Shown here: positions 47,081 to 49,729 of the stretch, piece by piece
Numbering within the stretch: position 1 is the first letter of the stretch
Layout: each line of letters opens with the position of its first letter
Source of the DNA: an uncultured Sediminibacterium sp.
GTDB taxonomy: Bacteria > Bacteroidota > Bacteroidia > Chitinophagales > Chitinophagaceae
Direction of reading: 5' to 3'
DNA: 49,729 bases
Assembly (NCBI GenBank): GCA_964486665.1
Contig: CAZAOF010000001.1
Coordinates: forward strand, 1 to 49,729
Notes under the pieces: model-generated
Told to the model about the DNA's origin: nothing
Databases searched by the model: none
Seen by the model: the letters and a program-made list of their open reading frames with translations, nothing else
Program-made: the position numbers and the translations under genes

Positions 47081-48652
47081 ATGAAAAGAAGAAATTTTGT
47101 ACGCAATAGTCTTGCCCTGTTAACACCTACTGTAATAAGTGGTAATCCAATACATGTGTTAAACAACCATAGTATTGTAGATCCAGAAATACTTGCAAAA
47201 GTTGACAATGACAGAGTCCTTGTAATTATTCAGTTGAATGGAGGAAACGATGGCTTAAATACTGTTCTGCCTTTGAACCAATATGGACAATATTTTAATG
47301 CAAGAACGAATATTGCAATCCCAGAAAAAAAGATACTTTCTCTAAACGGATTCAGTGCAACAGGCCTACACCCAGCAATGACTTCTATGCAAAGGCTTTT
47401 CAACGAAGGGCAACTTGATATTGTTCAATCGGTTGGCTACCCGCAGCCCAACTTTTCACATTTTAGAGCTACGGATATTTGGATGAGCGGGTCTGATAGT
47501 AACGAATACCTCACTACCGGTTGGGCTGGTCGTTTTTTAGAAAGTAATTATCCTGGTTATCCAGATAACTACCCAAATGAAGTGGACACAGATCCTTTAG
47601 CCATTCAAATTGGCTCAATCACTTCACTAACTTGCCAAGGCCCTCTTGTAAATATGGGAATGAGCATCTCTGACCCAAATGCTTTTTATAACTTATTTGA
47701 CACTACTGAACAATCGGTTCCCAATACCAATGCTGGTTATGAGTTGAGCTTTATCAGAAGGATATCAAAACAAACAAACAAATACGCAACTCGTATCAAA
47801 GCCGCCTCTGATGCAGTTACACAGCAGGCAGTTTACCCCAACACAAGTCTTGCGAATCAATTAAAAATTGTATCAAGACTAATAAAAGGCGGGTTAAAGA
47901 CTAAAATATATTTAGTGAATTATGGCGGATTTGATACGCATGCAAATCAAGCAGTAGCAACAGATACATCAACTGGCACACATGCTAATTTGCTAGGTGC
48001 TATTTCAGAAGCTATTGGTGCTTTTCAAAATGATATTAAAAATCAGGAGATTGAAGACAGGGTAATTGGTATGACCTATTCTGAATTTGGCAGAAGAATT
48101 AAATCCAATGCGAGTGGCGGTACAGACCATGGTGCTGCAGCGCCATTATTCTTATTTGGTAAAAATGTAAGAGGCGGCGTTTTTGGAGACAATCCTACTA
48201 TTCCTACTACTGTAACAGCTGGTGATAATATTCCATATCAACATGATTTTAGAACTGTATATAATTCTATCTTGAAATATTGGTTCTGTGTAAAAGAAAC
48301 AGAGAATAGGCAAATCATGCTAAAAGAATATCCAACTTTAAACCTAATCAATGCAAGTGCTTGTGCGGCCGAGATGAACAATCCTGTTTTTGAAAAAAAT
48401 GCGATGATTGTCGCTTATCCGAATCCTTTTACACAGCTTTCTAGGATAGAATTTAAGACCGAAGGTGGACATACTTTAGTACAGCTACTTGATGCCTCTG
48501 GAACAGTTATTAAATTATTAGTGGATGCAACTTATAGTTATGCTGGCATGAATAGTACCACACTAATAGGAAGTGATTTAAAACCAGGTGTCTATTATAT
48601 TAGAATACAAAATGGAATACATCAATATGTGAAGACCCTCATTAAAATGTAA
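47081..48652 (+). CDS. DUF1501 family protein with Tat-like signal and T9SS C-terminal sorting domain
   Basis: MKRRNF; GGNDGLN, SHF, GFDTH, SEFGR, GTDHG; C-terminal YPNP...GVYYIRI...KTLIK. Confidence 0.9.
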   Translation: MKRRNFVRNSLALLTPTVISGNPIHVLNNHSIVDPEILAKVDNDRVLVIIQLNGGNDGLNTVLPLNQYGQYFNARTNIAIPEKKILSLNGFSATGLHPAMTSMQRLFNEGQLDIVQSVGYPQPNFSHFRATDIWMSGSDSNEYLTTGWAGRFLESNYPGYPDNYPNEVDTDPLAIQIGSITSLTCQGPLVNMGMSISDPNAFYNLFDTTEQSVPNTNAGYELSFIRRISKQTNKYATRIKAASDAVTQQAVYPNTSLANQLKIVSRLIKGGLKTKIYLVNYGGFDTHANQAVATDTSTGTHANLLGAISEAIGAFQNDIKNQEIEDRVIGMTYSEFGRRIKSNASGGTDHGAAAPLFLFGKNVRGGVFGDNPTIPTTVTAGDNIPYQHDFRTVYNSILKYWFCVKETENRQIMLKEYPTLNLINASACAAEMNNPVFEKNAMIVAYPNPFTQLSRIEFKTEGGHTLVQLLDASGTVIKLLVDATYSYAGMNSTTLIGSDLKPGVYYIRIQNGIHQYVKTLIKM

Positions 48653-48670
48653 TTCAATAGTTGAACTTAA

Positions 48671-48703
48671 TTAAACTTTTACCTATTATTTTGGTCTAAA
48701 TTG
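48671..48703 (+). promoter_or_regulatory. ECF-type (autoregulatory) promoter of the sigma gene
   Basis: TTAAACTTTT-N13-GTCTAAATTG. Confidence 0.65.
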
Positions 48704-48710
48704 TACTCGC

Positions 48711-49250
48711 ATGACAGACCAAGCACTTATCATACAATTTCAAAATGACGACTCTAAGGAGGGCGCATTCACCCAATTACTAAAAAGGCATCAGGAAACT
48801 GTTTTTTATCAAATTAAGAAAATGGTAATTGAACACGCCGATGCGGATGATATAGCCCAAGCAGTCTGGATCAAAGTATGGAATAAGCTTGATGGATTTA
48901 AACAAGAAAGTGCCTTTAGCACCTGGTTATTTAGGGTGGCCTATAATGAAACCCTAAATTTTATCGCACAAAGAAAGCGCCTTCAGGGTCAAGCAAAGCA
49001 AAACTACTTAGATCAGGCAGAAGACCAACCCGCAAGTTCAAATGCACTAAAAGAGACTCAAATTCAAATCAAATTAGAACGCGCAATAGCAGCATTGCCT
49101 GAAAAACAACGATTTGTTTTTATGTTAAGGTATTTCGAGGATTACGATTACGAAAAAATTGCATCTATAACTGGCACAACTGTAGGTGGTTCTAAGGCGA
49201 ATTACCACCACGCAGTTAAAAAAATAACTGAATTAATTCAAAACGATTAA
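48711..49250 (+). CDS. ECF sigma-70 factor
   Basis: DADDIAQ, FSTWLFRVAYN (region 2); LPEKQR...YEKIA (region 4). Confidence 0.93.
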   Translation: MTDQALIIQFQNDDSKEGAFTQLLKRHQETVFYQIKKMVIEHADADDIAQAVWIKVWNKLDGFKQESAFSTWLFRVAYNETLNFIAQRKRLQGQAKQNYLDQAEDQPASSNALKETQIQIKLERAIAALPEKQRFVFMLRYFEDYDYEKIASITGTTVGGSKANYHHAVKKITELIQND

Positions 49251-49276
49251 ACCTTTGGCCTGTAAATGGGTCTTAA
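49247..49276 (+). promoter_or_regulatory. ECF-type promoter of the anti-sigma-like gene
   Basis: TTAAACCTTT-N13-GTCTTAA overlapping the sigma stop codon. Confidence 0.6.
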
Positions 49277-49283
49277 TAATGTT

Positions 49284-49709
49284 ATGGAAAACGAATCAAT
49301 ATCAAAAGAACTAGAAGCAGCTCTAGAAAGCTTTAAGGCGAAAACTAATCAGGCGCCTGAGGGGTATTTTGATCAGTTTGAAGCTCGTATAGTAGCCAAA
49401 ATAAAGGCAAAAGAACAATTAACAAGTGCATTAGTTGCTCCTAAAAATAACGCAAGTATCATTTCGATTTTTAGGGCACAAAAAAAATATATGGTTGCAG
49501 CAAGTGTTGTGCTAATAGTCGCCACTGGATATCTTTTATACAATCAATCAGCAACTAATTCCATGTTGAAAGACGAGATAGTAGCAATCGAAGCCCTTCC
49601 GGATGCTGTGATTGAAGGCTATATAAATAATAATGAACTAGTGGCAGAAGTTGAATGGAATACTGCCATTGAAACTGCTGGAGCAGACGTTTCTTTCAAC
49701 AACAATTAA
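49284..49709 (+). CDS. Putative single-TM anti-sigma factor
   Basis: PEGYF motif, TM YMVAASVVLIVATGYLLY, directly downstream of the ECF sigma. Confidence 0.7.
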   Translation: MENESISKELEAALESFKAKTNQAPEGYFDQFEARIVAKIKAKEQLTSALVAPKNNASIISIFRAQKKYMVAASVVLIVATGYLLYNQSATNSMLKDEIVAIEALPDAVIEGYINNNELVAEVEWNTAIETAGADVSFNNN

Positions 49710-49729
49710 TATAAAAACAATTTATCAAA

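Noticed and set aside
1..49729. Mobile elements, prophage, defence systems, tRNA or rRNA
   Set aside because: No transposase, integrase, nuclease or structural RNA signature recognised by eye; a highly diverged element cannot be excluded without searches

Overview
AT-rich chromosomal window from a Bacteroidota bacterium. TAnnTTTG-type promoters, a T9SS C-terminal domain, HmuY, GLPGLI and several TonB-dependent receptors support this; a compact Chitinophagaceae-like free-living genome is my inference only. It holds about 45 tightly packed housekeeping, transport, hydrolase and regulatory genes. I found no rRNA, tRNA, CRISPR array, integrase or transposase. Main signals: (1) a divergent phosphate locus (OprO/P-type porin versus DUF47-PiT) with mirror-image 11-bp-period Pho-box-like arrays, where PiT carries a ~240-aa insertion with two extra TM helices and a helical soluble domain; (2) three identically spaced ECF-type promoters (TTAAACYTTT-N13-GTCTWAA) linking the DUF1800/DUF1501 operon to the adjacent ECF sigma/anti-sigma pair; (3) a candidate ~60-nt orphan sRNA with a G-run hairpin and GNRA terminator, plus a similar G-loop hairpin in another leader; (4) an HmuY whose mature chain has no His, Met or Cys; (5) terminator-like hairpins inside convergent coding sequences; (6) an uncalled 31-aa membrane peptide whose stop overlaps a possible ATA start. 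All family calls come from motif recognition by eye, not database searches.
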